Assembly: GCF_009914755.1 (NCBI RefSeq)
Contig: NC_060937.1
Direction: 5' to 3' (one strand)
DNA: 64,000 nt
Source of the DNA: the human T2T-CHM13v2.0 reference genome, Homo sapiens
Position 1 is the stretch's first letter, and each line of letters starts with the position of its first letter. The notes below the pieces were generated by a model. It did no database searches and was not told the origin of the DNA. It saw only the letters and a program-made list of their open reading frames with translations. Position numbers and translations under genes: made by a program. Below are positions 25,048 through 40,120 of the stretch, piece after piece.

Positions 25048-27895
25048 TTAGAAGATGGAATAGCAGCAACTGGAATTTACCTCCCACTTGAAACAACTAA
25101 AAAAATGCAAAAATATGAAACAGTTTTGACTAAACTGTAATTTAGTTTAGTCAAAACTAAAAGACAGTAATTCCTGAGAAAGAGCAAACAAACTAATTGA
25201 GTCCTATGATTACCCCAGGTTAGCATCTTAAAAGAATTTCCTTGCTAAGCAGCAGGGAAGGAGAACCCAGGTGGAAACAGTAGACTGAATGAATTAAGAA
25301 AGCAGAGTTGAAATTTGGGGAGAAAAAGGTGGCTTGAGTTTGCAGAGAATCAGAGAGAAGAGCACTGTACAAACATGTAAATTTGGCTGCAGTGGCTTCC
25401 CCTTGAGTTTTCAACTGAGTACTATTGAGTACACATTGTGTAACTAAACTGCCAAAGGCCAAGACACAATCTGAAAGGATTAGAGGAAACAGTTCCCAGC
25501 AATTACATAAAATTAGGAGTAGTGTCTTTTCCTACCAGCTGATTGGGAAACGATTCGCAAGGCATTGAAGACAGTACTCCAAAACATTTTGTCTCAGTAG
25601 TAGGGAATAATTAACCTTAGAGTAAGCACTGCTCTAGTCTTATTAAACAAAGTTTAAAAGCAAGACCCAAAGTGAGCAACCTCATTTTAAGTAACTTAAC
25701 TATGACCCAGAACAATGCTAAAGAATATTGACAGAAACACAAAAATATTGAAGCATACAAAAATATCCATCACCTAAGAAGGTAAAATTTGCAACATATT
25801 TGTAAATATAACTTATGGTCAAATATTGCCAAACATGTAAAGAAGTAGGAAAATACAAACCATAATGAGGAAACAACTCAGTCAGTCATAATCAACTTAG
25901 AACTGACACAGATGATAGAATTAATAGACAAGGGTATTAAAACAGTCATTATGAACTCCATATGTCCAAAAAATTAAGAATGGAAAATTTAAAAAGATAG
26001 AAGTCAAACTTCTAGAGAGAAAAACTGCAATGTCTAAATACACTGGACAAGAATGATGCCAGATTAGACACGGCAAAATAAAAGGATATGAAATTGAAGA
26101 CTTAACAATAGACATTATCCAAACTAAAACACAGAAAAAAAGTAACAAAAACAGTGAAAAATGCATCAGTGAGCTGTAGGACAACTTTAGGCAGACTACT
26201 ATTCAGTAATTGGGATATTAAGCAGGGAGGAAGTATGAAAAAATATTTTTGAAAAATTATTTTTCAATTGCAGAAAAAATAAACATAGGGATCCCAGAAT
26301 CTCTACAAAACCCCGTCACAAGAAGCATGAAAAAACAAACAGAAGAGGAAATGCTAAAAGTATGTAGAGAACAAAAATACATGTTATGCAAAGAGGAAAA
26401 AAGATAAGGATGGCAGTAGATATCTCATCAGAAGCAATGTAAACAAGAAAAGAGTAAGCAGTAACGCAACGGAAAAAGAAATCTGAAAATCCCTAAATAT
26501 GTAGAAACAAACAAACAAAAAAACACTTTAAAATAGCAAATTGGTAAAAGATAAAATTTTTTAAAACTAGAGAGTATTTTTAGCTGAATGGTAATGAAAA
26601 ATTCACCAAAATTGTGGAATGTTACTAAAGTAGTCTGTAGGTGGACATTTATAGCTTCAAAAGCTTATATTAGAAAAGACAAAAAAAAAAAAAACTCAAC
26701 GATCTCAGTTTTCCACATTAAGAAACAGACAGACAAAAAAAAAAGCAAAATAAATTTGAAATACAAAAGAGAAAATAAAGCTCAGAACACAAATCAATGA
26801 AATAGAAAAAAGAAAAATGGGGAAAAATCAATGAAATGAAAGCTGTTTGGTGGGGAAATCAATTAAATTGATAAATTTAGAGTCAGATTAACCTTCAAAA
26901 AAAGAGAAAATACACAAATTACCAGCATAAGAATTGAGAGATTCTTATATTGAAAGAGGTGACACAGCTATTAAAATAAAGATAACAAAATATTGACAAC
27001 ATTCTATAAATGCATATGAATAGGACAAATCTTTGAAAGACACAAACTACTAAAACTCATTCAAGAAGAAATGCATTACCTGAGTAGTCCTTTAATTATT
27101 AAAGAATGTAAATGTATGGTTAAAACACCTTTCCACAAAGAAAACATCATGTCCACAAGGCTTCACTTGAAATTCTACCAAATATTTTTAAAAAGAAATA
27201 TAAATTCTACCCTAACTACCCTCATACATTGCTGGTGGGAATGTAAAATGATATAACCACTGTGGAAAACAGTTTGAGTCATTTTTTGAGAATTACTATA
27301 TGATCCAAACATTCTACTCACAGCCATTCCAATATATTTCTCTTTATTCAAGGGAAATTAAAGCAAATATTCACACCAAAACTGGTACCCAAATGTTCAC
27401 AGTGGCTTTATTCGCAACGGCCCCACACTGGAAACAACCTAAGCCTTCATCAATATGTGAATGGGATAAACAAGTTGTATTTATCTGTCAGTAGAATACT
27501 ATTTAGCAATAAAACGAGCTATTGAAATATTAGCATACATGGATAAATCTCAAAATAATCATACAAAATATATCAGAAAGAAAACAGTACATAGTGTTTG
27601 ATTCTGTTTATATAAAGATCTAGAAGATGCAAACTAAGTTATTTTGACAGAGAGCCTAGCAGTGAATGCCTGGGGAATGGGCACATGGTAGGGGTGGATA
27701 TGGGTAGAAGGGAGGGATTGCAAGGGGGCAATAGAAAATTTGGGGGAATTATGGATATGTTTATCCATCTTGACAGATGTGATATATTCACAATTGTATG
27801 CTTATATTAAAACAAGCTTTACACTTTAATGCACTATAATATAAGCATTTTAACATCAATTATACCTGTTAAATATATACAGATGTTAAAAAAGA
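25048..27895 (+). mobile_element. Old L1 (L1MD-like), heavily deleted, both ends retained
   Basis: aagatgg 5' start; ORF1 and ORF2 relics (LWNVTKVV, HCWWECK, TQMFTVALF..WKQPK); L1MD-type 3'UTR. Confidence 0.75.
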
Positions 27896-28249
27896 AAAAA
27901 ATCAGATTTACATGAAAAGAGCTTATGAGTATCCTCATGCCTCTATCCTTAAACCAGATCCTTAGACTCAAATTCAGCATGGTATTAATTTATTCAAAAT
28001 ATTCTTTACCTAAACATGATTATCGGTTTCTAAGTTTACTAAAGATTAATTGCAACAGATTAAAGGTCCTTTGCTTTTTTCATAATTAGGTAGGGTGGTA
28101 GAAGATCTAAAAAAGAGTAGTTGATATTGACACATAAAGACTTGTAACATATATAAATGTACCTATACTATGTACTGAAGTAAAATATAGCTGCATGCAT
28201 CCATACAAACTGCCTTGAGTCATAAGAGGAGTCTCTATTCTTGTAAACA

Positions 28250-28460
28250 TTAGCTTTGCTCCCATGTACCAAGGACTGAGCTAATTACTTTATATGCATT
28301 CTCTCATTTAATGCTCATAGCAAACCTATAAATTAGCACGTTTACTGAGACTGAACAACATGTTTAAGATCACATAGCAATAAGTAGAAGAGAGAAGATT
28401 TGAACGCAGTTTATTATGGAGCCAGAGTCATCTCCTAACCACTCCACTCTGCTTCCTTTC
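28250..28460 (-). mobile_element. MIR
   Basis: ctcatttaatgctcatagcaaacctat...aagatcacatagc...gatttgaac core. Confidence 0.7.
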
Positions 28461-29999
28461 AGAATAAATGCAGCGCCACTGTCTTGTATTCACCTTCGAT
28501 ATATACACAAAACAGAATATTTAGAGAATCAATTGTTTTCTTTTAAGAAACATAAAAATAATGACTCAAAACTATAGCTGTGTGTCAGTATTTCTGAAAA
28601 TAAAATGAGATCATTATTACCATATAGAGATGGAATAAAGGCGGATGAAGAACAGCAGTTTAGCCATAATAATTTCATTAGGACAAATCTGTGGAGAGAT
28701 GAAAGGAGCAGATCACTAACAGATTGCTAGTGAAATGGAGAGTGTGTTGAAGTCGTTGAATGTGATAACAGTTACAGAAATGAAAGTTGAAATGCTTCAG
28801 AGGAACGAAGAGAAAAACGAAAGCGGTATTTTCTATCTGTCTTAGCACATCAGGAAAAGGGAAAATGCATATTTTGTCAATTCCATCTAGTCATTGATCT
28901 CTTTTGTATGCTCAGTCTAATGAGGCAGGTAGGGGAAATGCATAATGGTTCTTACATGTGTGCTTTACTGGATTCAGATTATTGTGCAGAACTAAATTGT
29001 GTTTCACAAAAGAAGGCGTATTTAAATGGATACATCCTTTATTACAGTAAAGATAAAAAATTTAACTTATCAGAATTTTGAAAAAGGAGTTGTTACAATA
29101 GCTAACTCTGAACTGCTTCTAAAACCTTACTGCAAGTTATTATAGCTAAACCAATAACAAAAGAAAACAAACAAAAAATACCCCAAACATCTATTTTACC
29201 AGTGCTGTTTCTGTAACACTGAACTCTACATTTTGAGGATTGTTCCCAGTTCTTTCATCCAATAAAACTTCTGCCAATAGGAGGTCATTCCTTATGTTTG
29301 ACATCAATCCTTCTTTTTAAAAGCATTAGACTATAGCAAAATTAATTGAATTCAAGTCAATTAATGCAAAAACAGAATAGCAACACATATACACACCTTT
29401 GAAATACAAACCAGCTTTTTCGTTACATCTAAAGAGAATTTTAATATAATATTTAATAATGGTATATTTTACCAAATATAATTAGCAGCTTTTTACCATT
29501 TTAACTGAAGTTCCCAACACATTGCTAAGCATTTTATAAGCGCTCAATTTAAAAAAAAATTGGATTTGTAAAACATGAGACATCTGCAAAGCATGAAAAA
29601 ATTTTAATAAGAAAGTTACCCATTACACATAATACTATTATTCAACCAGAAGTGGTGTATACCTTTATAATCTTTCATGTTGTATACAGAAATATTTTTC
29701 ATATTACAAATAGTTTATATTTTTCCTCTATTAACCATACAGAATTGGAATAATTTCCACTATCCTTAAATATTATCTGAATACAATATGGTAGTGGACA
29801 TATGGTATAGCCAAATTTTCCTATTACACGTGTAACATTAGTTCATGTAGGTGTTCATTTTCCCCATGTAATTCTGTTTCCTAATATAGCTATTGTTAAT
29901 AGTTTGAATACCTTTAGAACTCTTGATAAATATTTTAATTTTAAAAAATTTAATTAATTTACTCTCCCAGGAAATGTCCTTGCTGTATATGATTTTACT

Positions 30000-30050
30000 C
30001 TCTCTCTCTCCCTCTACACACAAACACACACACACACACACACACACATA
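30000..30050. repeat. (CT)n(CA)n microsatellite
   Basis: Visible run. Confidence 0.9.
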
Positions 30051-30285
30051 TATTCCCAAATCTCTCAGAGTAGTAAATTCTTCTAAAGTATTATTATTTA
30101 TTGTGGTAAAATATGCATAACATAAAATCTACTATCTTAATCATTTTTAAAGTATAGAATTCAGTGGTATTAAATACATTCATAACTCTTTTCAACCATA
30201 ATTGTCATCCATCTCCCTAACTCATTTCGTTTTATAAAACTGAAACTCTATGCCCATTAAACAAAAACTCCCCACTTCTCCCTAG

Positions 30286-30652
<367 letters not shown>

Positions 30653-30969
30653 GTATTTATCTTTCTGTGACTGGCCTATTTCACTTAGCATAATGTCCTC
30701 AACGTTTATCCATGTTCTAGCTTATGCTAGAATCCCCTTTCTTTTTAAGACTGAATAATATTCCATTGTATGGATATAGCATATTTTGCTTATCCATTCA
30801 TCTGTTGATGGACACTTGAGTTGCTTTATGTTTTAGCTATTGTGGGTAATACCGTTGTAAACATGAGTGTACATTAATATCTTTTCGAGATGCTCATTTC
30901 ACTTCTTTTGGGTATAACTGAGAAGTTAAATTGTTGGATTATATGGCAATTCCATGTTTAATTTCTTTA

Positions 30970-33900
30970 ATTAGTTTTTCCTATTTTATTAATATATAAT
31001 AAGTTACATATTTATGGGGTACATTTGAGTATTTGTTACATGCAAAGAGTGTGTAATGATCAATTCAAAGTAACCGAGATGTACATCATCATAAGTGTTT
31101 ATCACAATTTCATATTGGTATCATTTCAAGTCGGCTCTTCTAGTTACTCTAAATTAAATAACATTGCTGGCAAATATAGTCATCATAGTCTGCTCGAAAA
31201 CATTAGAACTCATTTCTTCCATGTAATGTATGTTTGCACCCATAACCAACTTCTCTTCATTATGCAATGAACTTCTTTGTCTTTTTTTACTGTTTTCGAC
31301 TTAAAGTCATTTTAATCTGATATAAGTGTTGCTACTCCTGTTCACTTTTGGTTTCTACTTGCATGAGATATTGTTTTTTGTCCCTTTACTTTCAATCTAC
31401 ATGTGTCCTTATAGATAAAATGCATTTATTCTAGGCAGTATATAGTTGAATCATGTTTTTGTTTAAAAAAAATCTATTTAGCCAGGCTCTATCTTTAATT
31501 GAAAGTTTTAATCAATTTACAATCAGGTTCATTATTGATATATGAGGTTTTGTTCCTGTCACATTGTTTTTTGTTCCCTGCCCTGTTCCCATTCACCATT
31601 CCCAGTTTCTGGTATCTATCAGTCCATGATATCACGGTTTTCAGCTCTCACAGTATTCATCTTTCTGTGCCTGGCTTTTTTCACTTAACATAATGAGCTC
31701 CATTTCCATCCATGTTGCTGCAAATAACATGATTTCATTCTTTTTATGGCAAATTTCATATGGCCCGTATTTCATTGTGTATATGTACCACATTTTCTTT
31801 ATTGATTCATCCATTGATAGGAATTTAGGTGGATTCTATATCTTTGCTATTGTGAATAGTGCTGCTATGAACATAAGAATGCAGCTATCCCTTTGATATA
31901 CTGATTTCCTTTGGATAGATATCCAATAGTGGGATTGCTGGGTCATATGGTAGTTACTAGTTTTTTGAGAAATCTCCATTCTGATAGCAGCTGTACTTAT
32001 TTACATCCCCACCAAGAGTGTATAGGGGTTCCTTTTTGTCTTCATCCTTGCCAGCATCTGTTATTTTCTTTTCTTTTTATAATAGCCATTCTAACTGAGG
32101 TGAGATAATATCTCATTGTGGTGGATTTACATTCCACTAATGATTAGTGATGTTGAGCATTTTTGTTTATATTTTCAAAGAATAAAGTTCATTTGATTGA
32201 TTCTTTATATTGTTATTTTTATTTCTATTTCATTTAGTTATGCTCTGATCTGTATTTCTTTTTTTCTGCTAATTTTGTATCTGATTTGTTCTTGCTTTTT
32301 TAGTTCTCTAAAGTGCATCACTAGATTATTTGAAATCTTTCTGTTTATTAACAAAATATAGGCTTTTATTACTGTCAACTTTCCTCTTAGCACTGCTTTT
32401 TCTGTTTCCCACACGTTTTGGTATGTTGTCTTCCCATTTTCATTTGTTTCAAGTCATTTTTAGATTTCCATCTTAATTTTTCATCAAATCAATGATTGTT
32501 CATAAGCATGTTGTTTAATTTCTATGAATTTAAATATTTTCCTAAGTTCCTCTTGGTATTGATTTCCAGTTTTATTTCATTGTGATCAGAAAAGATACTT
32601 GATATGATTTTTATTTTTAGTAATATTCTGAGATATGTTTTGTGGTCTAACATATGGTCAATACTGGAGGTTTCATTTGTTGATGAAAAGAATGTGTATT
32701 CTGTATCTGTTAGATTAAATGTTCTGTAAATGTTTTTTACTCAGTTTAAGTCTAATGTTTATTTTCTGTCTAGAGGATCTGTCTAGGCAGATCTTTACTA
32801 GATCTAGTAAAATTTGTTTTATGAACCTGGGTGTTAATATTTGTGTGCATATATATTTATAATTGTTATATTCTCTTGCTGGATTGATAGCTTTATCATT
32901 ATGCAATGAACTTCTGTCTCTTTTTTTACTGTTTTTGATTTAAAGTCATTTTTATCTGATATAAATGTTGCTACTCCTGTTCACTTTTGGTTTCTACTTG
33001 CATGAAATATCATTTTTCATCCCTTTACTTTCAATCTACATGTGTCTTTACAGATAAAATGCATTTTTTCTAGGCAGCATATAGCTGAATCATATTTTCC
33101 TGTTTTAAAGAATCCATTTAGCCAGTCTCTATCTTTAATTGAAAATTTTAATCAGTTTACAATCAGGGTCATTATTGATATATGAGGTTTTGTTCCTGTC
33201 ATACTGCTTTTTATTTTCAGGTTCTTTTGCATATTCTTTGTTCCTTTCTTTTTCTCTTATTGTCTTTGTGGTTTGCTGACTTTCTGTGGTCATACAATTT
33301 GAGTCGTTTCTCTTCCTCATTTGTGTGTTTGCTTTACCTGTAAGTTTTATATTTTCATGTGTTTTCATGATAATAACTGTTGTTCTCTAATTTATAAGTT
33401 TAGGACTCCATTGAGGATTTCTTGTAAGGCAGGTCTAGTGATAATAAAGTCCCTCAACATTTGCTTGTCGTGGAAAGACTATTTCTCCTTCAGTTGTAAT
33501 GGATAATTTTGCTGGATATAATACCCTTGGCTGGCAGTTCTTTTTATTTTCATAACTCTGTATATATCCATCCATTCTCTCCTGGTCAGTAAGACTTCTG
33601 TTAAGAAGTCTGCTATTGGTCTGATGGGGGCTTTTTTATAGGTGACTAGATAATTTTATCTTGCAGTTTTTAGAATTGTTTTTTTGTCATTGACTTTACA
33701 CAGTTTGACTTTAATATTCTGTTGAGAATAACTTTTTGCATTATATCTGATTGGAGATTGCTGAGACTCCTATATCTGGGTGTCTAAATATCTTGCTAAA
33801 CATGGGAAATTTTTATCTATTATCTCAAAAAATAAATTTTCAAACACTTTTGTTATCATTGCCTTTGGGGATACCAATAATTCATGTATTTTATATATCA

Positions 33901-35875
33901 CAAAGATGTTGCTTTTTTTATTTTTGGTCTCATGGAGTTATCTGAAAATATCTGTCTTCAAGCTCTAAGATTCTCTCTTCTGCTTAATCTAGTCTATTGT
34001 TGAAGCTTCCAAGTATATTTTGTATTCCATTAAAGGAATTTTTTAGTTCCAGCTTTTCTATGTTCCTCTCTTTTTCTTGTGATATATAAATTTGTCATTC
34101 ATATCTTGAAATGTTTTTCCGATTTTTTGTATTTTTTTTTAGAATTTCTCTTACATTTCACTGTGCTTTTTAGTATTATATTTTTTATTCTCTTCTGGAA
34201 TTTTGTGAATTTCTTTTTTATTATAATCTGTTGCTGAGGAATTAATGTGTTCCCTTGGAAGTGTCATATTTCATTGCTTTTTTCCTTACATTGATATCTG
34301 TACACCTGGTCTAATAGTCTCTTCTTCCAGTTTTCAAATTTGCTTTCATAGGAGAGGACTTTTTCCTGAAGATTTGTCAATGGTGTTGTTTAGATAGGCT
34401 CTTTTAGTTTTGATTATGGGTGCATGTGGTAGTGTAGTCTCTGTATGATTTTTTTGGCTATAAACAACAGCATCAGTGGTATTTGTGATTTCCTCTGTGG
34501 TTTAACAAGTGGTTACTAGTGGAGGCTCTGGTGAAGTTTTACTGGGGACAGGGTTGCCAGGTGGGCCAGTCTTTGGGCCCCAGGGGTGGCATCACTGGGC
34601 TGAGCAAGGCTGATGCCTGATCTTGAGCCCTAAGGCACTGTATGTTGACACCAATGTTAGCAGAACCAGAAGGCCGAATTCTTGGGCCATGAGGTGACTT
34701 GCTAAGATGCCAGTAGTGGCAGCAGTGGTCCAGGTGGGTGAGAATATTCTCGGAGCCCTGGAAAGCCAAAATGATGTAGGCAATGGCAGTAGCAGTGGTG
34801 GGAAAACCCTCTGAGTCCCATGTGTTGTGCACAGGTAGTGGCAGTGGCTGTGGTGTGGCAACACCACTGACAGCACCAGGCATGCAACTCTCTGGCTCTG
34901 TGGCAGGAGCACCCCAGCACTGCAGAGAGGGAGAGAGAGATCTTGGCCTTCGTGTGTGAGCTCAGGCACAGAAGCCACACCATCATTGGGTGTAGAGTTG
35001 CTACTCACATATCTAGACAGGCAGCCCTCCAGCTCTTCTTCCCCTTCTTCTGGTGGCAGCATCAGTGGCAGTTGTGTCTACAGTGAGGGTGTGAAGGGGC
35101 AGGGGAGGTCTCGTGCTATATGTGTGAGCCTGAGCACAGAAACTACAGCACCAGTGGAAAGGTATCATATTCTCCACTTACAAGGCCAAGCACAGAGTTT
35201 GTGCCATTGCTGGAGGCAAGGCCACATCTCACAGCCCCACACAGGTAACTCTCAGGCTCTGGAAAGCACGTGCTTTGGATCTCTTTTTGCCAGGGGCTGT
35301 CTTTTTGGTGTACTGTACTGTCATTTCCCTGGGCAGTAGTATTTCCTGTGGGCTAGAATACTGGGGACCCCACAGCACCTTTAGGTCCAGTCAGTACTGT
35401 GAAGATATGGAAGCTGTGCTCTCCAGGCAGGATGCAGTCCCCTGATGGCTGTGCTCTCACAATGGCACCTGGCTACAGCCACTTAGGTCTCAGTTCGGGG
35501 GCGGGCAGGAGAGTAAGCAACACAGCATGAGTTTCCTGTCTGTTGCAGTGCTCTTGCAGCGGCTCCAAATCACTGCTCACGTGTGTCAGGGTTTATGTGA
35601 GTAGAAGGGTTCTCCTTTGGTTGGGTGGGGATGTAGACTGCTGAAGTCCTCTCACTTAATCTTTACCTAAAACACTGAGCCCTTCCAGGCTGCTGGTTGA
35701 TCTCAGAAAACTGGCTGCTTGTTTCCTTCTGTGCCTCAGATATTTCCTGTGACTTCCCTGTTAGACTCTAGTGTCCTTTCCTAGATGTTCTATTTGAGAT
35801 AAAATTATCTATTCATAACATTTGTTATTTCTGGAGAGGGCATGTATTTGATATCACTAGTCAGCCATCTTGAAC
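30970..35875 (-). mobile_element. L1MA-type element with both ends, central ORF2 deleted at ~32170, nested in the L1MB
   Basis: 3'UTR at 30990-32160; endonuclease/ORF1 region 32170-34400; GC-rich 5'UTR ending agccatcttg (CAAGATGGCT on minus); degenerate TSD tgtttaattt/tgtttaagtt. Confidence 0.8.
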
Positions 35876-38800
35876 CTGAATCTTGTTTAAGTTTTTTGAA
35901 AAACTGCCATACTGTTTTCCACAGTGGCTGTACCATTTTACATTCCCATCTAAGGTGCGAAGTGCTCCAATTGCATCATATTCTTGCCAATATTTGCTGT
36001 TTTCTGTGTTTTTTTTATAGTAACAATTGCAAAGGGTGTGAAGTGGGATCTCTTTGGAGTTTTGATTTGCATTTTCCTATTGATTAGTGATAATGAGTCT
36101 CTTTTTATGTGCTTATTGTTCATTTGTATATATTCTTTGAAGAAATGTATATTCAAGTCTTTTACCTATTTTGAATTGGTTTATTTTGTTGTTTTTAAAT
36201 TTTGGAATGTCTCCATATATTTTGGAATGTCTCCATATATTTTGGATAATAACCCCTCATTAGATATAGAATTTGAAAATACTATATCCCATTCTTAGAT
36301 ACATTTTACTTAGATACGTCAATAGATACTGTCTTTTGATGCACTTTTTAAAACAATTTTATTTCTATTTCAATTTGTTTTGTGTGATTTCATTACCTGT
36401 GTTTTTTGCTGGCATATCCAAGAAATTTTGCTGAACTCAATGCCATGAAGATTTTAATTTTGTATTTTCTTCTAAGATAGTTTTAAGTATTACATTTAAG
36501 TCTGATTTCATTTTGAGTTTACGTTTGTGTATGATGTTAGATGAGGGTATAGTTTCCTTCTTTTCATTATGGATATCCATTTTTTCCAGTATAATTTGTT
36601 GAAAAGACTATCCTTTCCCCTATAAATGGTCTTAAAATATTTGCCCAAAATATTTTGACCATATATTCCAGGGCTGATTTATTGATTCTATTCTATTTTT
36701 GATCTATATGTGTGGTTATTAAACAAGTGCCACATTGTTTTTATAGCCACAGTTTTGTAGTAAGTTTTGAAATAAAGAAGTTTGAGTCCTACAAGCTTAA
36801 TATTCTCTTTCAAGATAATTTTGGCTATTGAGAACCACTTGAGAGTCCATATGAATTTTAGGATAGATTTTTAAATTTTAATCCTAATGACAAAAAGTTA
36901 TTAGCATTTTGGTTGTGATTACTTTCAATCTGTAGATCTCTTTGGGCAGTATTGACATTTTACAATGCTAGTTTTCCAATTCATGAGCACAGGATGTGTT
37001 TTTATTTATGTATTCTCTTTTTTCAGCAACGTTTTGAAGTATCATTATATATGTCTTTCATCTCCTTTGCTAAATCCTATTTTATTCATTTTGATGCTAT
37101 TGTAAACTAAATTGTTTTAGTAGTTTTCTTTTCAGATTTTTCATTGTTAGTACATAAAAATGCAACTGATTTTTATGTGTTGACTTTGTATTCTGCTTAT
37201 TTTTTGAATGTCTTTATTAGTTCCAACATATTTTTGTAAAATCTTTAGAACTTTTTTCACATATGATTATATCATCTGCAAACAGAGATAATTTTACTAT
37301 TTCTTTTTAATTGAAGGGTCTGTTTTTTTTTTGGTTGTCTAACTGCTCTGGTTAGAACATCCAGTACTATGTTGAATTGAAGGGATAAAAGCAAGTATCC
37401 TTGCCTTCTTCCTAATCTTAGAGGAAAATATTCAATATTTCAATGTTGAATATGATGTTCAATGTAAGTTCTGCCTATAAGAATTTTGTTGTGTTGAAGT
37501 ATTTTGTAGTTTGTTGAATATTTTTATCCTGAAAGGATTTGAATTTTGCCAAATGATTTTCCTGCATTAATTGAGATGATCACAGTTTGTTTTCTTCATT
37601 CTGTTAATATAGCATATGGCATTGATTGATTGATTCTCATATGTTGAATCATCCTTGCATTTCAGGAAAAATCATGGTCATGAAATATAATCCATTTAAT
37701 ATGATACTGAATTAGGTTTGCTAGTAATTGGTTTAGAAGTTCTTCATCAGTATTCATAAAGGAGATTGGTCTATAGATTTCTTATTTTGTAAGACTTATC
37801 TTTGTATGACTTTCGTGTCAGGATTATTCTGGCCTCATAGAATGAGTTATGAAGTGTTACCTCCTCTTCAATGTTTTGGAAATATTTCAAGATTGGTATA
37901 CTTAAATAATTTCTACTTTATATGTTTGGGAGCATTCGTCCATAAGACTACCAGGTCCAAGCCTTTTTCCTTGTTGAAAGTTTTGTTTTTTGGGTTTTTT
38001 TTTTTTTTTGTCTTTTTTAACTGATTCAATATCTGCACTAATTTTAGGTCTGTTTAGATTTTCTATTTCTTCATAATTTACTTTTGGTAGCTTTAGTATT
38101 TCTAAGAATTCATCAGTTTCATCTAGATTATTGAATTTGTTAGTGTATAATTATTCATAATACCCTCTTATAATACATTTTATTTCTGTATAATGCAAAG
38201 TAATGTTCCACTTTCATTTCTTATTTTAGTAATTTTAGTCTTTTCTCCTTTTTTAGTACATCTAGCTAAAGATTTGACAATTTTGGAGATTTTTTCAAGA
38301 AACCAACTTAGGGTTACATTTAATTTTTTCTGTTTTTCTATTCTCTATTTTATTTGTCTATGTTCAAATATTTATTATTTCTTTATTTCTGCTAGTAGTG
38401 GGTTTAGTTTGTTATTTTGTTTTTAGTATCTTGCAAAGTTAGTAAGTTGCAAAGTTAGGTTGTTGCTTTCAAATCTTTCTTACTTGTTTAGCTGAAGCAT
38501 TTATGATTACGAATTACATGCCTAGAACTGCTTTCATTGCATCCCGTAAGTTTTGGTATGTTGTGTTTTATTTTTCATTCATCTCTAAGTATTTTCTAAT
38601 TTTATTATAATTTCTTCTTTGTTCTTCAATCCATTTGGTTGTTTAATATTATGTTGTTTAATTTTCACAAATTTGTGACTTTATCAGTTTAGCTTCTGTC
38701 ACCAATTTCTAACTTTATCTTGTGGTTAAGAAAGATACCTTGTATGCAAGCTCTCATTTTACATATAAGAAGACTTAATTTGTGGCCTCACATATGGTGT

Positions 38801-39133
38801 ATCCTGGAAAATGTCTCATGCGTACTGCTGTTGTTAAATAGAGTGTTCTGTATATTTCTATTTGATTTAGTTAATTTCTTGTATAATGTGTTTTAATCCT
38901 CTATGTATTCATCTCATGTCTGGCTATTCTGTGCATTATAGAAAGTAATGTACTCAGGTTTCTATTATTGCATAAATATCTATTTTGCCCTTTAATTCTG
39001 TTCATTTTGCTTTATATATTTTGATAGCCTGCAATTAGGTGCCTAAATATTTATAATTGATACATACTCTTGCTACATTTGAATGTTTTATTAATAGGTA
39101 ATGTTCTTCATTGTTACTCATGAACTTTTTGCC

Positions 39134-39500
<367 letters not shown>

Positions 39501-39618
39501 TCATTTTCAATCTACTTGTGTGTTTGGATTTAAAATAGTCTCCTGTAGGCAGGATATAGTTTCCTTCTGTGTTTTTTTGTTTGTTTGTTTCTTTTAAAGT
39601 TTTTTTTTTTAATTTTAA

Positions 39619-39888
<270 letters not shown>

Positions 39889-40120
39889 TAATCTCTGTCT
39901 TTTGATTGAAGAGTGTAATACATTTAAAGTAATTACTGATAAATATGGCCTTATATCTGCCATTTTGCTAGGTGTTTCCTATATTCCTTATAACCATTTT
40001 GATCTTTACATTCTGCATTGCTGTCTACTTTTATCTTGAGTTTTTGTTTATGACACTTAAATTTCTTTCTCACTTTCTTTTGTGTATATTCTATAGCAAT
40101 CATCTTAATGATTCCCAAGG

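Noticed and set aside
28620-28870. Purine-rich exon-like stretch
   Set aside because: No clean splice pair with a sustained reading frame that I can support.
34539-35339. Cluster of 94-156 aa ORFs
   Set aside because: GC-rich 5'UTR of the L1MA-type element; chance open frames on both strands.
36199-36246. 20-bp tandem repeat ttggaatgtctccatatatt
   Set aside because: Ordinary local duplication within L1.
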